A DNA stretch of 64,000 bases from Bdellovibrionota bacterium (GCA_041751875.1 JBGSIC010000029.1:2598-66597), one strand, 5' to 3'; counted from the first letter of the stretch, positions 29,199-43,262 are shown. Notes: generated by a model not told the origin, from the letters alone. Numbers and translations: made by a program.

Positions 29199-31529
29199 CT
29201 AAAGTGAACCCACCAAAACAGATCGGCGTTTAGCGGGGCCTGCAGCAGCCCCCACCACCCCTTCTTTTTCCATCTGTTCCATGAGTGTCGCGGCACGGTT
29301 GTAGCCAATCTTAAGATGGCGTTGGAGTAAGGAAATGCTCGCTTCGCCCCTATCCGTGACAATGCGCACGGCTTGGTCGTAGAGACTTCCGCCATCCCCG
29401 CCTTCGCTCTCCTCGAGTTCCATGCTCTCTTCGAGGTTAGCCAAGATCGCTTCATCGTAATCCGGGCCCGCTTGGGCTTTGAGGTGTGAAATCACGCGAT
29501 CGAGGTCGGCATCCTCAATATAAGAACCCTGCATACGTTTCAGTGTGTTGAATCCGGCCGAATGGAAAAGCATGTCACCGTTACCAAGTAAGCGCTCCGC
29601 ACCCGGGCGATCCAAAATCGTTTTGGAATCCACGCCGGAGGCTACGCGAAACGATATGCGGCTGGGGAAGTTGGCTTTGATTGTTCCCGTGACGACATCG
29701 GTGGAAGGACGTTGCGTGGCAAGCACCATGTGAATGCCGCTCGCGCGCGCCTTTTGCGCGAGACGCGCAACCGAATGCTCCACTTCTTTGGGTACAACGG
29801 CCATGAGATCCGCGTATTCGTCGATTACGGTGACGATGTAAGGCATAAACGCCAAGTCCAAGGCTTCGCCTTGTTTCTGGAGTTCATTGAGTTTGGCGTT
29901 GTAGGAATCCACGTGTCTTACGCCGGACTTATGCAGAATGTGATAGCGACGTTCCATCTCGTCGATAAGCCAACGCAAAGCCAATACGGCTTTTTTCGCG
30001 TCTACCACTACTGGTAGCATCAAGTGCGGAATGCCTTCGTAATGCGAAAGCTCCACCATCTTGGGATCGACCAAAATGAGTTTGAGCTGCTGCGGGGCAA
30101 AGCGGTACAGCAAACTACAAATCAGTGTGTTTACGAAAACGGATTTACCGGTACCCGTGGCTCCCGCGACCAGCAAATGCGGCATTGCTGCGAGATCGGT
30201 AAGAATAGGTTCGCCAGAAGCCAGACGGCCGAGGGCAATCGGAATGCGTCTATCGCTTTTATAAAAAGGCGTTTCTTGAACGATATCTTTGAAAAACACC
30301 ATTTCACGTTCCGGAGTCGGAATTTCAATACCAACAACAGGTTTCCCGGGAATGGGGGCGACGATACGAACGCTCAGGACACTCAACGCTAAAGTGAGAT
30401 CATCAGAGAGATTCGCGATTTCACGAATTTTAATACCGCTCGCGGGTTTAAATTCGTAAACGGTGATCACCGGACCGGGAGCGACATTTACAATTTCCCC
30501 ATCCACACCGAAGTCGGCTAGTTTTTCGACTAAGAGTTTTCCCTTGTCGATGTACCACTGCTTATCGATGCCGCGTTCTTTGCGGTTACTTCGCCCAGAA
30601 AGAAAATCAGCAGAAGGCAATTGGAAGTTTTTTGTCGCAAGGGGCATGCGAAGTTGTTTCGGGCGGCGAAGTACCTTTTCTTCGGCATCCTCAATATGGG
30701 CAAAATCTTCATCGCGTGGGTGTTCCACAAAAGAGATCACTTCGGCAGGCGAAATAGGTGACGTAACCGAAGGCGCTTCCGTGGGGGTTGTGGCAATAGG
30801 AGCGGGCGACAGAAAGGTGTCGGAAGGCGCTTCAACCTGCTTTTTCCAAAACTTAGGGATACGAATGCGTACGGGCGGAATCTTCTGGATTGCCGATTTA
30901 ACGACGAGATAAAGTTTCATAGGTGATTTTACAATCGACCAGAAGATCTCTTTCTTGTTCATTTCCTTTTGTGAAAAGGGGCGCCACTCAAAAAGGATAA
31001 TCAAAGACGAGATAAATCCGAACACACCCAAGACAAGTGCGCCCAGCCAACCTAAAGGGTAGAGCAGGCCATGGTAGATAAAGCGTCCAACAAGTCCGCC
31101 CGCCAAATTGAGATTCCACGGTAGCGCGGTGGCCGGGTAGAGCACGTGAAATAGAGTGGTGGTCGATACCACAAATAGCAAAGCGCCAATGGACCATAAG
31201 CGATCATCTTGCGCTTCATCGGCTTGGCGTTTCACGCCTGCGATGATGAGAAGAAAAGGGAAACAGAACGCGCCCAAACCAAAAACAAGATACGCGAGAT
31301 CCGCGCTCATGCTTCCTAGACGTCCCATCCAGTTCTGCACGGCGTTTTTTGTTGTCCACGTGCTCCACGAAGGATCGGAGGCGGAGTAACTAACGAGTGC
31401 CGCGATGAGTACGATGGCAGCAGCAAAATAAAGTAGATGATGAATTTCTTCCCACACCCCTTTTTTGTTTTCGGGCACGTAGGGAAAAAATGGATTCGAC
31501 GGCTGCGAGCGGTTTGATCGTGTTGCCAT
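29199..31529 (-). CDS. ftsK: DNA translocase FtsK/SpoIIIE
   Basis: N-terminal TM domain plus linker. Motor domain with Walker A GATGTGKS, and a C-terminal gamma (wHTH) domain. Confidence 0.9.
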   Translation of the reverse strand: MATRSNRSQPSNPFFPYVPENKKGVWEEIHHLLYFAAAIVLIAALVSYSASDPSWSTWTTKNAVQNWMGRLGSMSADLAYLVFGLGAFCFPFLLIIAGVKRQADEAQDDRLWSIGALLFVVSTTTLFHVLYPATALPWNLNLAGGLVGRFIYHGLLYPLGWLGALVLGVFGFISSLIILFEWRPFSQKEMNKKEIFWSIVKSPMKLYLVVKSAIQKIPPVRIRIPKFWKKQVEAPSDTFLSPAPIATTPTEAPSVTSPISPAEVISFVEHPRDEDFAHIEDAEEKVLRRPKQLRMPLATKNFQLPSADFLSGRSNRKERGIDKQWYIDKGKLLVEKLADFGVDGEIVNVAPGPVITVYEFKPASGIKIREIANLSDDLTLALSVLSVRIVAPIPGKPVVGIEIPTPEREMVFFKDIVQETPFYKSDRRIPIALGRLASGEPILTDLAAMPHLLVAGATGTGKSVFVNTLICSLLYRFAPQQLKLILVDPKMVELSHYEGIPHLMLPVVVDAKKAVLALRWLIDEMERRYHILHKSGVRHVDSYNAKLNELQKQGEALDLAFMPYIVTVIDEYADLMAVVPKEVEHSVARLAQKARASGIHMVLATQRPSTDVVTGTIKANFPSRISFRVASGVDSKTILDRPGAERLLGNGDMLFHSAGFNTLKRMQGSYIEDADLDRVISHLKAQAGPDYDEAILANLEESMELEESEGGDGGSLYDQAVRIVTDRGEASISLLQRHLKIGYNRAATLMEQMEKEGVVGAAAGPAKRRSVLVGSL

Positions 31530-31789
31530 GATTTTTATGTGAATGTTAGGTGATTGAAATTAAGAAGATGGGGCTACGCCGGATGGCTTTCGAAAATTCC
31601 CCACATCTATATAAAGTATAACTCAGTGACAAGCGGAGTCAATCGACTTAGTTGACACGCTGAAGGCCGTTGTTATCATCTATTTGTAAGAAAACAACAA
31701 CTTACCTTTATGTTGCCGCCTATTGTGGAGTGGGGTTGCTGAAAAAGCGGCAGGAATGGTTGGGTAGGGGGTTTTGGGGGGATATAGCA

Positions 31790-32002
31790 ATGCCGACAGG
31801 GTTCGTGAAGTGGTTTAACGACAATAAGGGTTACGGATTTATCGAACAAGAAGGTGGCGCGGATGTGTTTGTGCACTTCAGCGCGATCGAAGGGGAAGGC
31901 TACAAGTCTTTGGCCGAAGGACAGGAAGTCGAATTCGACATGTCAGATGGTCCCAAAGGACCGCAAGCCACCCGCGTAAAGAAGCTCGAAGCTAACGCTT
32001 AG
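31790..32002 (+). CDS. cspA: Cold-shock protein (CspA family)
   Basis: [15 protein letters not shown] and [11 protein letters not shown] motifs. The roughly 260-nt upstream region is consistent with a long csp 5' UTR. Confidence 0.9.
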   Translation: MPTGFVKWFNDNKGYGFIEQEGGADVFVHFSAIEGEGYKSLAEGQEVEFDMSDGPKGPQATRVKKLEANA

Positions 32003-32277
32003 CGTCTTTCCACTTAGATTTTGGGGCCCCTTCGGGGGCCCTACAAAATCTCTTGACACGCCACGTGCCTTTTTCTAGTTTTACCCTGCGGTAAAGCCTT
32101 AATATCAATGCCCAAGAGGTTACCTCGAGCGAACCGCACGAGAGAGGAATACGTCGTTCCTTTTTTCGTTGTAGTGAACAGGGTGAATAACTAACAACCA
32201 GATACCTAGACACTATTTTTAACCAATCATTCTCTTCGATTAGATCTCTCGATCATCGATCCTAGGAGATAACTCCC

Positions 32278-33561
32278 ATGCCTCAAGCCACTGAACCCAC
32301 CGAAGGAGCTGTAATGCGTTTGCAGGAGCTCAAACAGAAAAGTATTTCTGAGCTCGCAGAACTCGCCCGCTCTCTAGGAGTAGAGTCCCCCGGAGGACTT
32401 CGCCGACAAGAATTGATTTTTGCAATTCTTCAGGCGCAAACCGAACAAAATGGACAGATTTACGGACAGGGTGTTTTAGAAACCTTACCCGATGGTTTTG
32501 GTTTCCTTCGCGCTCCTGACTACAATTATCTTCCTGGTCCAGATGATATTTACGTTTCGCCTTCTCAGATTCGCCGCTTCATGTTGCGAACGGGCGATAC
32601 GATCGAAGGTCAAATCCGACCTCCCAAAGATTCCGAGCGCTATTTCGCGCTTTTGAAAGTTGAGAAGATCAACTTCGAAGAACCCGATTTGACCCGGGAC
32701 AAAATTCTCTTTGATAACCTTACGCCTGTTTATCCGGACGAAAGATTTAAGCTCGAATGCCATCCCAAAAAGTATTCAAGCCGCATCATTGATCTCTTAG
32801 CGCCTATTGGAAAAGGGCAGCGCGGGTTGATCGTAGCGCCTCCTCGCGCTGGTAAAACCATGCTGTTGCAGGAAGTTGCCAATAGTATTACGGCGAACCA
32901 TCCTGAAGTTCTCCTTCTGGTTCTTCTCATCGACGAACGTCCGGAAGAAGTGACCGATATGGAACGTCACGTGAAGGGTGAAGTAGTTAGCTCAACTTTC
33001 GATGAGCCCGCGACCCGCCACGTACAAGTTGCCGAGATGGTAATTGAAAAAGCGAAACGCTTAGTAGAGCACAAGAAAGATGTCGTCATCTTGCTTGATA
33101 GCATCACGCGTCTCGCGCGCGCTTACAACACGGTTGTTCCCCCGAGCGGAAAGATTCTCTCCGGTGGTGTCGACTCCAACGCGCTTCACAAGCCCAAGCG
33201 TTTCTTCGGTGCGGCCCGTAACATTGAAAACGGCGGCAGCTTAACGATTATCGCCACAGCGCTCATCGATACCGGAAGTCGCATGGACGAAGTGATTTTC
33301 GAAGAATTCAAAGGTACCGGTAACCTCGAAATCACGCTTGACCGCAAGCTGATGGAAAAGCGCATCTTCCCGTGCATCGACATCAACAAGTCGGGTACAC
33401 GCAGAGAAGAATTGCTCTTGGGCAAAGATATTCTCAATCGCATCTGGATTTTGAGAAAAGTGCTGCAGCCTATGAATCCTGTCGATAGCATGGAGTTCTT
33501 GCTCGATAAGGTCATGGCGACCAAAACGAACCAAGAGTTCCTTGATTCGATGAGCAGTTAA
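32278..33561 (+). CDS. rho: Transcription termination factor Rho
   Basis: Near-identical to canonical Rho across its length (DGFGFLR, Walker [30 protein letters not shown]). Confidence 0.95.
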   Translation: MPQATEPTEGAVMRLQELKQKSISELAELARSLGVESPGGLRRQELIFAILQAQTEQNGQIYGQGVLETLPDGFGFLRAPDYNYLPGPDDIYVSPSQIRRFMLRTGDTIEGQIRPPKDSERYFALLKVEKINFEEPDLTRDKILFDNLTPVYPDERFKLECHPKKYSSRIIDLLAPIGKGQRGLIVAPPRAGKTMLLQEVANSITANHPEVLLLVLLIDERPEEVTDMERHVKGEVVSSTFDEPATRHVQVAEMVIEKAKRLVEHKKDVVILLDSITRLARAYNTVVPPSGKILSGGVDSNALHKPKRFFGAARNIENGGSLTIIATALIDTGSRMDEVIFEEFKGTGNLEITLDRKLMEKRIFPCIDINKSGTRREELLLGKDILNRIWILRKVLQPMNPVDSMEFLLDKVMATKTNQEFLDSMSS

Positions 33562-33577
33562 GCTTCGAAAATTCGGA

Positions 33578-34066
33578 TTGAAGCGAAAATACCTCATTCT
33601 CTTTTCATTAAGTGGTCTCATCCTCGCGTGTGATCAGCTCTCCAAGTATTTGGTGCGTACATCCATTTCACCAGGGGAGACGAAGTCGGTCATTGGTGAC
33701 TTCCTGACTCTTGTCTACGTGCGCAACGAAGGCTTTATTTTTGGCACACTCCAGCAGGTTCCTAACCCGTTGCGGGATTTTTTCTTCATCGGCATTCCCG
33801 TATTTGCGTTGATTTTGATTGTTCTCATCTTTGTAAAATTACGCGATGACCAAATTATGACTTCGGTTGCGCTTACCACCATTTTGGGCGGCGCCGTAGG
33901 TAACCTCGTGGATCGCACCGAGCACGGGTTTGTAATTGATTTCATTCAGATACAAGTCGGAAACTGGTTTACCCCACCACCATTTAATATCGCCGACTGT
34001 TCAATCCTCTTGGGTGTGATGATCATGTTTATTAATACCTGGTTTCATGCGAAGATGAAGGATTGA
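33578..34066 (+). CDS. lspA: Lipoprotein signal peptidase (signal peptidase II), copy 1
   Basis: NEGFIFG, GNLVDR and FNIADC motifs with four TM segments. Confidence 0.8.
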   Translation: MKRKYLILFSLSGLILACDQLSKYLVRTSISPGETKSVIGDFLTLVYVRNEGFIFGTLQQVPNPLRDFFFIGIPVFALILIVLIFVKLRDDQIMTSVALTTILGGAVGNLVDRTEHGFVIDFIQIQVGNWFTPPPFNIADCSILLGVMIMFINTWFHAKMKD

Positions 34067-34575
34067 ATATGTCATCTTCGCGATCCAAGTACTTCTTACT
34101 CGCTGGAATTTTCGCCGTGGTCGTGATCATCGATCAATGGACCAAGCACCTTATTCTGATCAATTTCCGGTGGGGCGAATCACTCGCCGTCATCCCTAAT
34201 TTCTTTTCCTTAACCTACGTTCGAAACTCGGGAGCGGCTTTTGGCTTGCTTCACTCCGCACCGGCCGCGTTTCGCGATCCTTTTTTCATCGCCGTCCCCA
34301 TCATTGCGATGGGCGCTATCTTCTATTTATTTTCGCGCCTCAAACCCAGTCAAAAATGGGTCGCGGTGGCGCTTAGCCTCATCCTCTCGGGGGCTTTTGG
34401 AAACCTGGTCGATCGGTTGCGTTTTGGGTATGTAGTCGATTTTTTGGATGTTCACTGGAAAGATTTCTACCATTGGCCAGCTTTCAATGTGGCCGACGCT
34501 TGCATCGTGGTCGGAGTGACAATGATGTTCATCGATTCTTTCACGGCGGGGAAGAAAGCCGCCCAAGCCAACTAA
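34063..34575 (+). CDS. lspA: Lipoprotein signal peptidase (signal peptidase II), copy 2 (tandem paralogue)
   Basis: NSGAAFG, GNLVDR and FNVADA motifs. There is a 4-nt overlap with copy 1. Confidence 0.8.
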   Translation: MNMSSSRSKYFLLAGIFAVVVIIDQWTKHLILINFRWGESLAVIPNFFSLTYVRNSGAAFGLLHSAPAAFRDPFFIAVPIIAMGAIFYLFSRLKPSQKWVAVALSLILSGAFGNLVDRLRFGYVVDFLDVHWKDFYHWPAFNVADACIVVGVTMMFIDSFTAGKKAAQAN

Positions 34576-34691
34576 TCCACTGAATTAATTGAGTAAAATA
34601 AAGCGAAGCGAGAAGCCTAAGCTTGTAGGCTGCACCGAGTCATGGTACAAACAATCGCTTTTTCGGCCTTAAAATAGTAAGAAAGCGGCAA

Positions 34692-35996
34692 ATGGATCAC
34701 GAACACAACCACACAGTTCACGTAAAAAAAGTAGATAAGCTTAGCGAAACGCGCGTGCGTCTTGCCGTCGAAGTTCCGCAGGAGGCTGTGCAGTCTCACG
34801 TCCAAAGCACTGCCCATCAGTATCAGCAAAAGGCGAGCATTCCGGGTTTCCGTCCCGGCAAAGCCCCGCTTACCGTCGTGCAAACAAAGTACAAAGCGCA
34901 GATTGAGCAAGACGTTGTCTCGCATCTGCTCGAAGCAGGTCTTCACGAAGCGGTGAAGGAAGCCAAGCTGATGCCCATTAATCGTCCCCGCGTGGAAATC
35001 AAAAGCAGCGGCTTTGATGGGAAATCGGGCTTGGTCTTTGAAGCGGAATACGAAGTCCGCCCCGAAATTAAATTGAAAGACTACAAAGGCATTAAGCTCA
35101 CGGAAAAATCTTTGGATGTACCGGACAAAGAAATAAACGATTCGTTGACCCAATTGCGCGATCGTATGGCGACCCTTGAGCCGAGTGACGCTAAAAAAGC
35201 AGAAAAGGGAATGTTTGCAGTCGCCAAGATTGCGATCGAAATGCTTGATGGCGACAAGAAAAAAGAAGAAGCCAAAGAGTACACTCTTGAACTCGGTGCG
35301 GATCAGCTGTTGCCGGACTTGGAAAAGGCTCTTCTTCAAACAGAAGTGGGAGGAAAGAAAGAAATTTCCTCGAAGTTTCCCGCCGATTACAGCGACAAGG
35401 GACTTGCGGGGCGTCCAGTCAAATTTAATATCGAAGTCCTTGAACTAAAAAAGAAAAATCTTCCTGCGTTGGACGACGATTTTGCCCGTCAATTGACCAA
35501 CGGCAAAGACCTCGCGACGCTCAAAGAAGAGCTGAAGAAAGATTTGGTTGAAAATAAGCGTCGTGAGCAAAAAGACGAGCAGCGCAAACAGATTTTGGAC
35601 CACTTGATTGCGAAGCATAACTTTGAAGTTCCCGCTTCGATGGTCGCACAGCGCATGAAAGATTTGGTGGAACAAGTCACTGCCGATATGAAACGAAGAG
35701 GGCAGGCTTTTCCCGAAGTTTCTGAAGACGAAGTGAAGATCCTTAAGCAACAAGCCGAACGCCAAGTGAAGGGTTCTTTGCTGCTGGCGGAACTTTCCAT
35801 GAAAGAAAAGATCGAAGTCGATCCTAAGCAAGTCGATGAACGTGTTTCCCAGGTGGCCACGCAGTTAAATAAGCCACCCGAAGAAGCACGGAAGTGGTTG
35901 GAAGGGAAAGGGTACCTCACCCAGATTCGCGAAGAAGTGCTGACCGACCAGCTTTTCGCTTATCTTGCCGAACACGCTTCTTCAAAGAAGGCGTAG
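34692..35996 (+). CDS. tig: Trigger factor
   Basis: About 430 aa. N-terminal ribosome-binding-domain pattern (GFRPGKAP), a central FKBP-like domain and a C-terminal domain. Lies immediately upstream of clpP-clpX. Confidence 0.85.
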   Translation: MDHEHNHTVHVKKVDKLSETRVRLAVEVPQEAVQSHVQSTAHQYQQKASIPGFRPGKAPLTVVQTKYKAQIEQDVVSHLLEAGLHEAVKEAKLMPINRPRVEIKSSGFDGKSGLVFEAEYEVRPEIKLKDYKGIKLTEKSLDVPDKEINDSLTQLRDRMATLEPSDAKKAEKGMFAVAKIAIEMLDGDKKKEEAKEYTLELGADQLLPDLEKALLQTEVGGKKEISSKFPADYSDKGLAGRPVKFNIEVLELKKKNLPALDDDFARQLTNGKDLATLKEELKKDLVENKRREQKDEQRKQILDHLIAKHNFEVPASMVAQRMKDLVEQVTADMKRRGQAFPEVSEDEVKILKQQAERQVKGSLLLAELSMKEKIEVDPKQVDERVSQVATQLNKPPEEARKWLEGKGYLTQIREEVLTDQLFAYLAEHASSKKA

Positions 35997-36260
35997 GGCG
36001 GTTTACCGGACAAAACTTCGCTACGACGGGCCTTGTCAGTTTACGCAGCTTTGAGTTAAATGAGCATAGGGCGAGTCCTCAATTAGGGTTCGTCGCGAGA
36101 CGGTATTGGATAACGCTGCTCCGAGGACGCACAAGGAAGCCACCGGAGGCGACCCGAAAGGGTCGTTGAGGATGGCGACCGCGGAGGACAAAGGAGGAAG
36201 TTATCCAATACTGGCGCAGCAGAACACTAATTGAGGACTTGCCCTAAAGTAAGGAGCCCC

Positions 36261-36938
36261 ATGATTTCCTCCATCGCAAAAGGTTTTGATAACGCAGCGC
36301 GACAAGAACCTACCAATAGTTACCTGGTCCCTGTTGTTATAGAGCAGACCGCGCGGGGGGAGCGTAGCTTCGATATTTACTCCCGCCTCTTGAAAGAACG
36401 CATCATCTTCATCGGCACGCAAATAGATGATGCTATTGCGAATTTGGTGATTGCCCAGCTCCTTTTCCTGGAATCAGAAGATCCCGAAGCGGACATCCAT
36501 ATCTATATTAATTCGCCGGGCGGAAGCGTTTCGGCTGGTTTGGGTATTTACGACATGATGCAGTTCGTCAAACCTGAGATTTGCACCTACTGCACCGGTT
36601 TGGCCGCCAGCATGGGAGCGATTCTGCTCACCGCCGGGACCAAAGGGAAACGGTTTGCTCTCCCTAATGCTCAGGTGATGATTCATCAGCCTTTGGGCGG
36701 TGTACAAGGCCAGGCAACGGATATTGCCATTCAGGCGAAACAGATTTTATTGTTGAGAGAGAAGCTGAACAACATTTTGGTGAATCATACAGGCCAGTCC
36801 TACGAGAAAATTGAAAAGGACACCGATCGGGATAATTATCTTTCTGCTGCAGACGCTAAGGCGTATGGTTTGCTCGATACCGTGATCGAAACGAGGAGAA
36901 AAGTAGCGTCGGGCTCGGACAAGGATAAGAAGAAGTAA
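36261..36938 (+). CDS. clpP: ATP-dependent Clp protease proteolytic subunit ClpP
   Basis: GxSAG active-site Ser (GLAASMG), the His/Asp region, and RBS aaggag 5 nt upstream of the ATG at 36261. Confidence 0.9.
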   Translation: MISSIAKGFDNAARQEPTNSYLVPVVIEQTARGERSFDIYSRLLKERIIFIGTQIDDAIANLVIAQLLFLESEDPEADIHIYINSPGGSVSAGLGIYDMMQFVKPEICTYCTGLAASMGAILLTAGTKGKRFALPNAQVMIHQPLGGVQGQATDIAIQAKQILLLREKLNNILVNHTGQSYEKIEKDTDRDNYLSAADAKAYGLLDTVIETRRKVASGSDKDKKK

Positions 36939-36972
36939 GGTCCTTGAAGATTTCAGAAAGTGAGAGTCGGAA

Positions 36973-38340
36973 ATGAGCCGAAGAGATGGCGATAGTTTTG
37001 GAAATCTGGTTTGCAGTTTTTGTGGTAAGAGCCAGCGAGAAGTAAAGAAGCTGATCGCGGGCCCTACCGTTCACATCTGCGACGAATGTATCGAACTCTG
37101 CAATGACATCATTGCGGAGGAAGCTGAAAAAGAGGATCGCAAGACAGGGGCGGGCAAGATCCCGACCCCGATGGAAATTAAGAATGTTCTCGACGAATAC
37201 GTCATCAGCCAAACGCGCGCTAAGAAGTCTCTTTCAGTAGCGGTTCACAACCACTATAAGCGCGTTGCAGGGGCCAAGCTTCCCAACTCGGTTCACTCCG
37301 AAGTTGAATTAGCAAAAAGTAACATTTTGCTTATCGGCCCCACGGGTAGCGGAAAAACTTTGCTAGCCCAGACGCTCGCCCGTTTGCTCAACGTGCCGTT
37401 TGCGATCGTCGATGCGACCACCTTAACCGAAGCAGGCTATGTCGGTGAGGATGTTGAGAATATCATCCTCTACCTCCTTCAGAACGCTGACTACGATATC
37501 GAAGCCGCGCAAAAGGGCATCGTTTACATCGACGAAATCGATAAGATTTCTCGAAAAGGCGAAAACCCCTCCATTACCCGCGACGTTTCCGGGGAAGGTG
37601 TGCAGCAGGCGCTTTTGAAAATTTTTGAAGGCACGCGCGCGAGCGTTCCGCCCAAGGGAGGCCGTAAGCATCCCCAGCAGGAATTTTTGCAGGTGGACAC
37701 GACGAATATTCTTTTCATCGTGGGCGGCGCGTTTGTTGGCTTGGATAAGATCATTGAATCCCGTCAGCACAAACGAGGAATGGGAATCGGCGCCGATGTA
37801 CCTTCCAAGAAAGAACGCAGCGCGAGCGAATCGATTCATGAGACCCGTCCTGAAGATCTTCTTAAATTCGGCCTCATCCCTGAATTCGTCGGTCGTTTGC
37901 CCGTCATCGCGACGCTGACCGAACTCGACGAAGAGGCGCTGGTTCAGATTCTGACCGAACCCAAGAACGCGCTGATTCGTCAGTATCAAAAGCTCTTTGA
38001 ATACGAAAGCGTGAAACTGACATTTACTGACGTGGCGTTGCGCACGATCGCGCAGCAAGCACTAAAAACCAGCACCGGTGCTCGTGGTTTGCGTGCGATT
38101 CTGGAGCAGTCGATGTTGGAAATCATGTACGAGCTTCCCTCATTGAGCGGGCTTAAGGAATGCATTGTGGATGAGAATGTCATCATTAACAGAACGCGCC
38201 CGCAACTTATCTACTCGGATGATCCGGGAACCGGGTCGGGGACTTCCGGTTCGGGAACCGGAACGCCTGCGCCCTCCAGTGACTCGAGTGCACATAAAGC
38301 GCCGGGTCGCGTAACGAAAAAAGTCGGCTCCGTTTCTTGA
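36973..38340 (+). CDS. clpX: ATP-dependent Clp protease ATP-binding subunit ClpX
   Basis: N-terminal C4 zinc finger CSFCGK...CDEC, Walker A GPTGSGKT, ClpX-specific IGF-loop region. Confidence 0.95.
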   Translation: MSRRDGDSFGNLVCSFCGKSQREVKKLIAGPTVHICDECIELCNDIIAEEAEKEDRKTGAGKIPTPMEIKNVLDEYVISQTRAKKSLSVAVHNHYKRVAGAKLPNSVHSEVELAKSNILLIGPTGSGKTLLAQTLARLLNVPFAIVDATTLTEAGYVGEDVENIILYLLQNADYDIEAAQKGIVYIDEIDKISRKGENPSITRDVSGEGVQQALLKIFEGTRASVPPKGGRKHPQQEFLQVDTTNILFIVGGAFVGLDKIIESRQHKRGMGIGADVPSKKERSASESIHETRPEDLLKFGLIPEFVGRLPVIATLTELDEEALVQILTEPKNALIRQYQKLFEYESVKLTFTDVALRTIAQQALKTSTGARGLRAILEQSMLEIMYELPSLSGLKECIVDENVIINRTRPQLIYSDDPGTGSGTSGSGTGTPAPSSDSSAHKAPGRVTKKVGSVS

Positions 38341-38571
38341 GCTTGTCACTTTGATTCATGGCGGCACTCCTTAGCTTTGCGAGAGTCACCAAAATTGGAC
38401 ATTGACAAAATTTTTGATCACTTCCTGCGGCGATCGGCTGAAGATATTAGCTTCCGACGACAGTTTTTCACGATATAATATTTCGTAGGGACGCTCGTCT
38501 TTTGAGTGTCCTCCAACTAAAAAAAGTAATCCAAAAAAAGTAGTTTTCGCCTTCAAGGTACGGAGACGCGT

Positions 38572-41004
<2,433 letters not shown>

Positions 41005-41005
41005 C

Positions 41006-41491
41006 ATGCGCTGGGTCCTTCTTTTCCTCTTTCTGTTTCCCGCCTCAGTAATGGCGTCGGGCCGAAGCGAAATCGGTCTGGGCGCAACCGGTGCCGCCAT
41101 CAACTTCTCTTCTGCTGAAGATAATTTTGGCATCCAAGCCGAATATCACTACCTCATCTCCAAGGGTTTTCAATTTGGAACCCAAAGCGCTTTCCTGGTT
41201 CGCGATACTGGTGGCACGACCCACACCGGCGTAGTGGTCATGGTGGGCCCCACCATTAATTTCCCGTTCGATACCTCTCTCATCAAAAGTTTTTTTTGGA
41301 CGACTTTGGTCGGGTTCTCCCACGATAGCGCAACCGCCAGTGGTCTGAAGTTCACCTTCCTTACTAAGCTGGGTAAGCGCTTTGCGATTTCTAACCAAAT
41401 AGCCTATTCGCCTCATGCCGTTCTCACCAAAGTGGCTGGCCAGAAGGTGGCTCTCACCATCAACCTGGTTTCCTTCCGCCTCGTCTTCTAG
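41006..41491 (+). CDS. Small outer-membrane beta-barrel hypothetical protein
   Basis: Signal peptide and C-terminal ...SFRLVF. The Phe terminus is typical of OM barrels. Confidence 0.4.
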   Translation: MRWVLLFLFLFPASVMASGRSEIGLGATGAAINFSSAEDNFGIQAEYHYLISKGFQFGTQSAFLVRDTGGTTHTGVVVMVGPTINFPFDTSLIKSFFWTTLVGFSHDSATASGLKFTFLTKLGKRFAISNQIAYSPHAVLTKVAGQKVALTINLVSFRLVF

Positions 41492-41692
41492 AGCGCAGAT
41501 TCACGCACCCGTATTCTGCTAGAATACAGAAAATTGTGAAATTACAGGCACTTGGGATTGCTGCGATGCAGCAAAAGAGATAATATAATAGTCGACTGCT
41601 TAGTTCTTTTGCATCTGAGCAAGAAACTTCCAGAAGCAGTGGAACGTAAATGGGGAGCTCGCAGGGGCGCGGGCGTTTAAGGGGAGGCTAAC

Positions 41693-41878
41693 ATGTCTGA
41701 ATGCAAAATCTGTAAGAAGAACCATTCCCAATTCCATATGAACAACAAGCTCGTCTGCTTTAGTTGCGACGAGTTGCTATTCGATATCGAAATCGAATGC
41801 GACGAAGAAGTCACAGAAGGTACCGGTACGACAGCGACCATGAAGCTGCCAACACGCGAACTGGCACGTGGGCATTAG
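41693..41878 (+). CDS. Small zinc-ribbon (CxxC...CxxC) protein
   Basis: CKIC ... CFSC with a good RBS (ggggagg) upstream. Confidence 0.3.
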   Translation: MSECKICKKNHSQFHMNNKLVCFSCDELLFDIEIECDEEVTEGTGTTATMKLPTRELARGH

Positions 41879-41916
41879 GAAAGGTGCCTGTGCATTTTCC
41901 GCTTGGACTCTTGAAG

Positions 41917-43089
41917 CTACTTTAAGAGCGCTTTGAGATCATCCACGCGATTGAGGCTTTCCCAAGTAAACCCTTTCGACGAGGTACGGCCAAAGTGCCC
42001 ATAGGCTGCCGTTTCTTCGAAGATGGGACGATTGAGATCAAGCGTCTTGATGATTTCAGCCGGTTTGAGACCGAACATCTCGCGTACGGCGCCCGAAAGT
42101 TTCTCAGTGTTGGTGTTACCTGTGCCGTAGTCGTAGATATAAAGCGAAACGGGTTCCGCGACACCAATCGCGTACGCTAGCTGCACTAAGCAACGCTTCG
42201 CCAAGCCAGCGGCGACAATGTTCTTTGCTACATAACGAGCCATGTAGGAAGCCGAACGATCCACTTTTGTGGGATCCTTTCCGGAGAAGGCACCGCCGCC
42301 ATGAGCACCGTGACCGCCGTAAGTATCGACGATAATTTTTCTTCCTGTTAAACCGCAATCCCCCATCGGTCCGCCCGTGACGAAACGGCCAGTGGGATTG
42401 ATATAAATTTTCGTTTTGTTATCCATGAGCTTCGTGGGAATTGATTTTGCAATCACTTCCTCGCGAACCGCCGCCGCCAAGTCTTCGTGCGGTACATCGG
42501 GGCTGTGCTGGGTGGAAACCACTACCGCTTCCACGCGCTTCATGTTTCCGTTTTCATCGTATTGAATTGAAACTTGTGATTTTCCATCTGGACGCAGGAA
42601 AGCCAAGATGCCTTCCTTACGGCATTCTGAAAGTCTTTTTGTGAGGCGATGAGAGTAAGCAAGAGTTGCCGGCATGTATTCCGGCGTTTCATCACAAGCG
42701 TAGCCGAACATAATTCCCTGGTCACCGGCGCCTTGTTCTTTGAAAAGGCCTTCCCCTTCCGATACGCCCTGAGAAATATCGGGTGACTGTTTACTGATCG
42801 CAGTCATGATGCCGCAGGTTTTGTAATCAAATCCCATTTCATCGCCGCTATAACCAATCTTTTTGACCGTGCTGCGAACGATGTCCGGAATATTAATGAC
42901 GGCGGTAGAGGTAATCTCTCCGCTGACGACCACTAAGCCGGTGGTTAAGAGGGTTTCACAAGCGACGCGTCCTCGCGGATCTTGCGCGAGAATGGCATCC
43001 AAAACGGCATCCGATACCTGGTCAGCCATTTTGTCGGGGTGGCCTTCCGAAACAGATTCTGATGTGAATAGGCAATCCTTAAGGATCAT
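41917..43089 (-). CDS. metK: S-adenosylmethionine synthetase
   Basis: GHPDK, GAGDQG, DTYGG and GGGAFSGKD signatures. Confidence 0.95.
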   Translation of the reverse strand: MILKDCLFTSESVSEGHPDKMADQVSDAVLDAILAQDPRGRVACETLLTTGLVVVSGEITSTAVINIPDIVRSTVKKIGYSGDEMGFDYKTCGIMTAISKQSPDISQGVSEGEGLFKEQGAGDQGIMFGYACDETPEYMPATLAYSHRLTKRLSECRKEGILAFLRPDGKSQVSIQYDENGNMKRVEAVVVSTQHSPDVPHEDLAAAVREEVIAKSIPTKLMDNKTKIYINPTGRFVTGGPMGDCGLTGRKIIVDTYGGHGAHGGGAFSGKDPTKVDRSASYMARYVAKNIVAAGLAKRCLVQLAYAIGVAEPVSLYIYDYGTGNTNTEKLSGAVREMFGLKPAEIIKTLDLNRPIFEETAAYGHFGRTSSKGFTWESLNRVDDLKALLK

Positions 43090-43223
43090 GGGTCTTATCC
43101 TGCTTTCCAGTTTCTAAAATAAGTCATTAGGAATGGCCTTTGAGTTTGGATTTGTCAATCTGAGAGGGAAGTAATGCGGCGCAAAATACGGGTTCTGAAG
43201 AGGGGACGAAGGGCAAAAAAAAA

Positions 43224-43244
43224 GCCCCCTTCGAAGAAGGGGGC
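43224..43244. terminator. Bidirectional rho-independent terminator hairpin
   Basis: gcccccttc-gaa-gaagggggc, flanked by an A9 run upstream and TTTT downstream. Lies immediately 3' of the minus-strand gene ending at 43263. Confidence 0.6.
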
Positions 43245-43262
43245 TTTTGGAACTTCTAAGGC

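Noticed and set aside
32023-32041. GC hairpin ggggcccc-ttcg-ggggccc downstream of cspA as a terminator
   Set aside because: It is a strong stem, but it is followed by tacaaaatc rather than a U-tract on the + strand. It may still act as a terminator or stabiliser, but I did not list it as a feature.
34617-35339. 240-aa minus-strand ORF
   Set aside because: It is fully antisense to the well-supported trigger factor gene and has no recognisable motifs.
37423-38058. 211-aa minus-strand ORF
   Set aside because: It is antisense to clpX, so it is a shadow ORF.
43090-43223. Possible SAM riboswitch upstream of metK
   Set aside because: I found no SAM-I or SAM-II consensus elements in the reverse-complemented leader. 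There is only a TTGACA-like hexamer, not enough for a confident promoter call. An Rfam scan would be needed.
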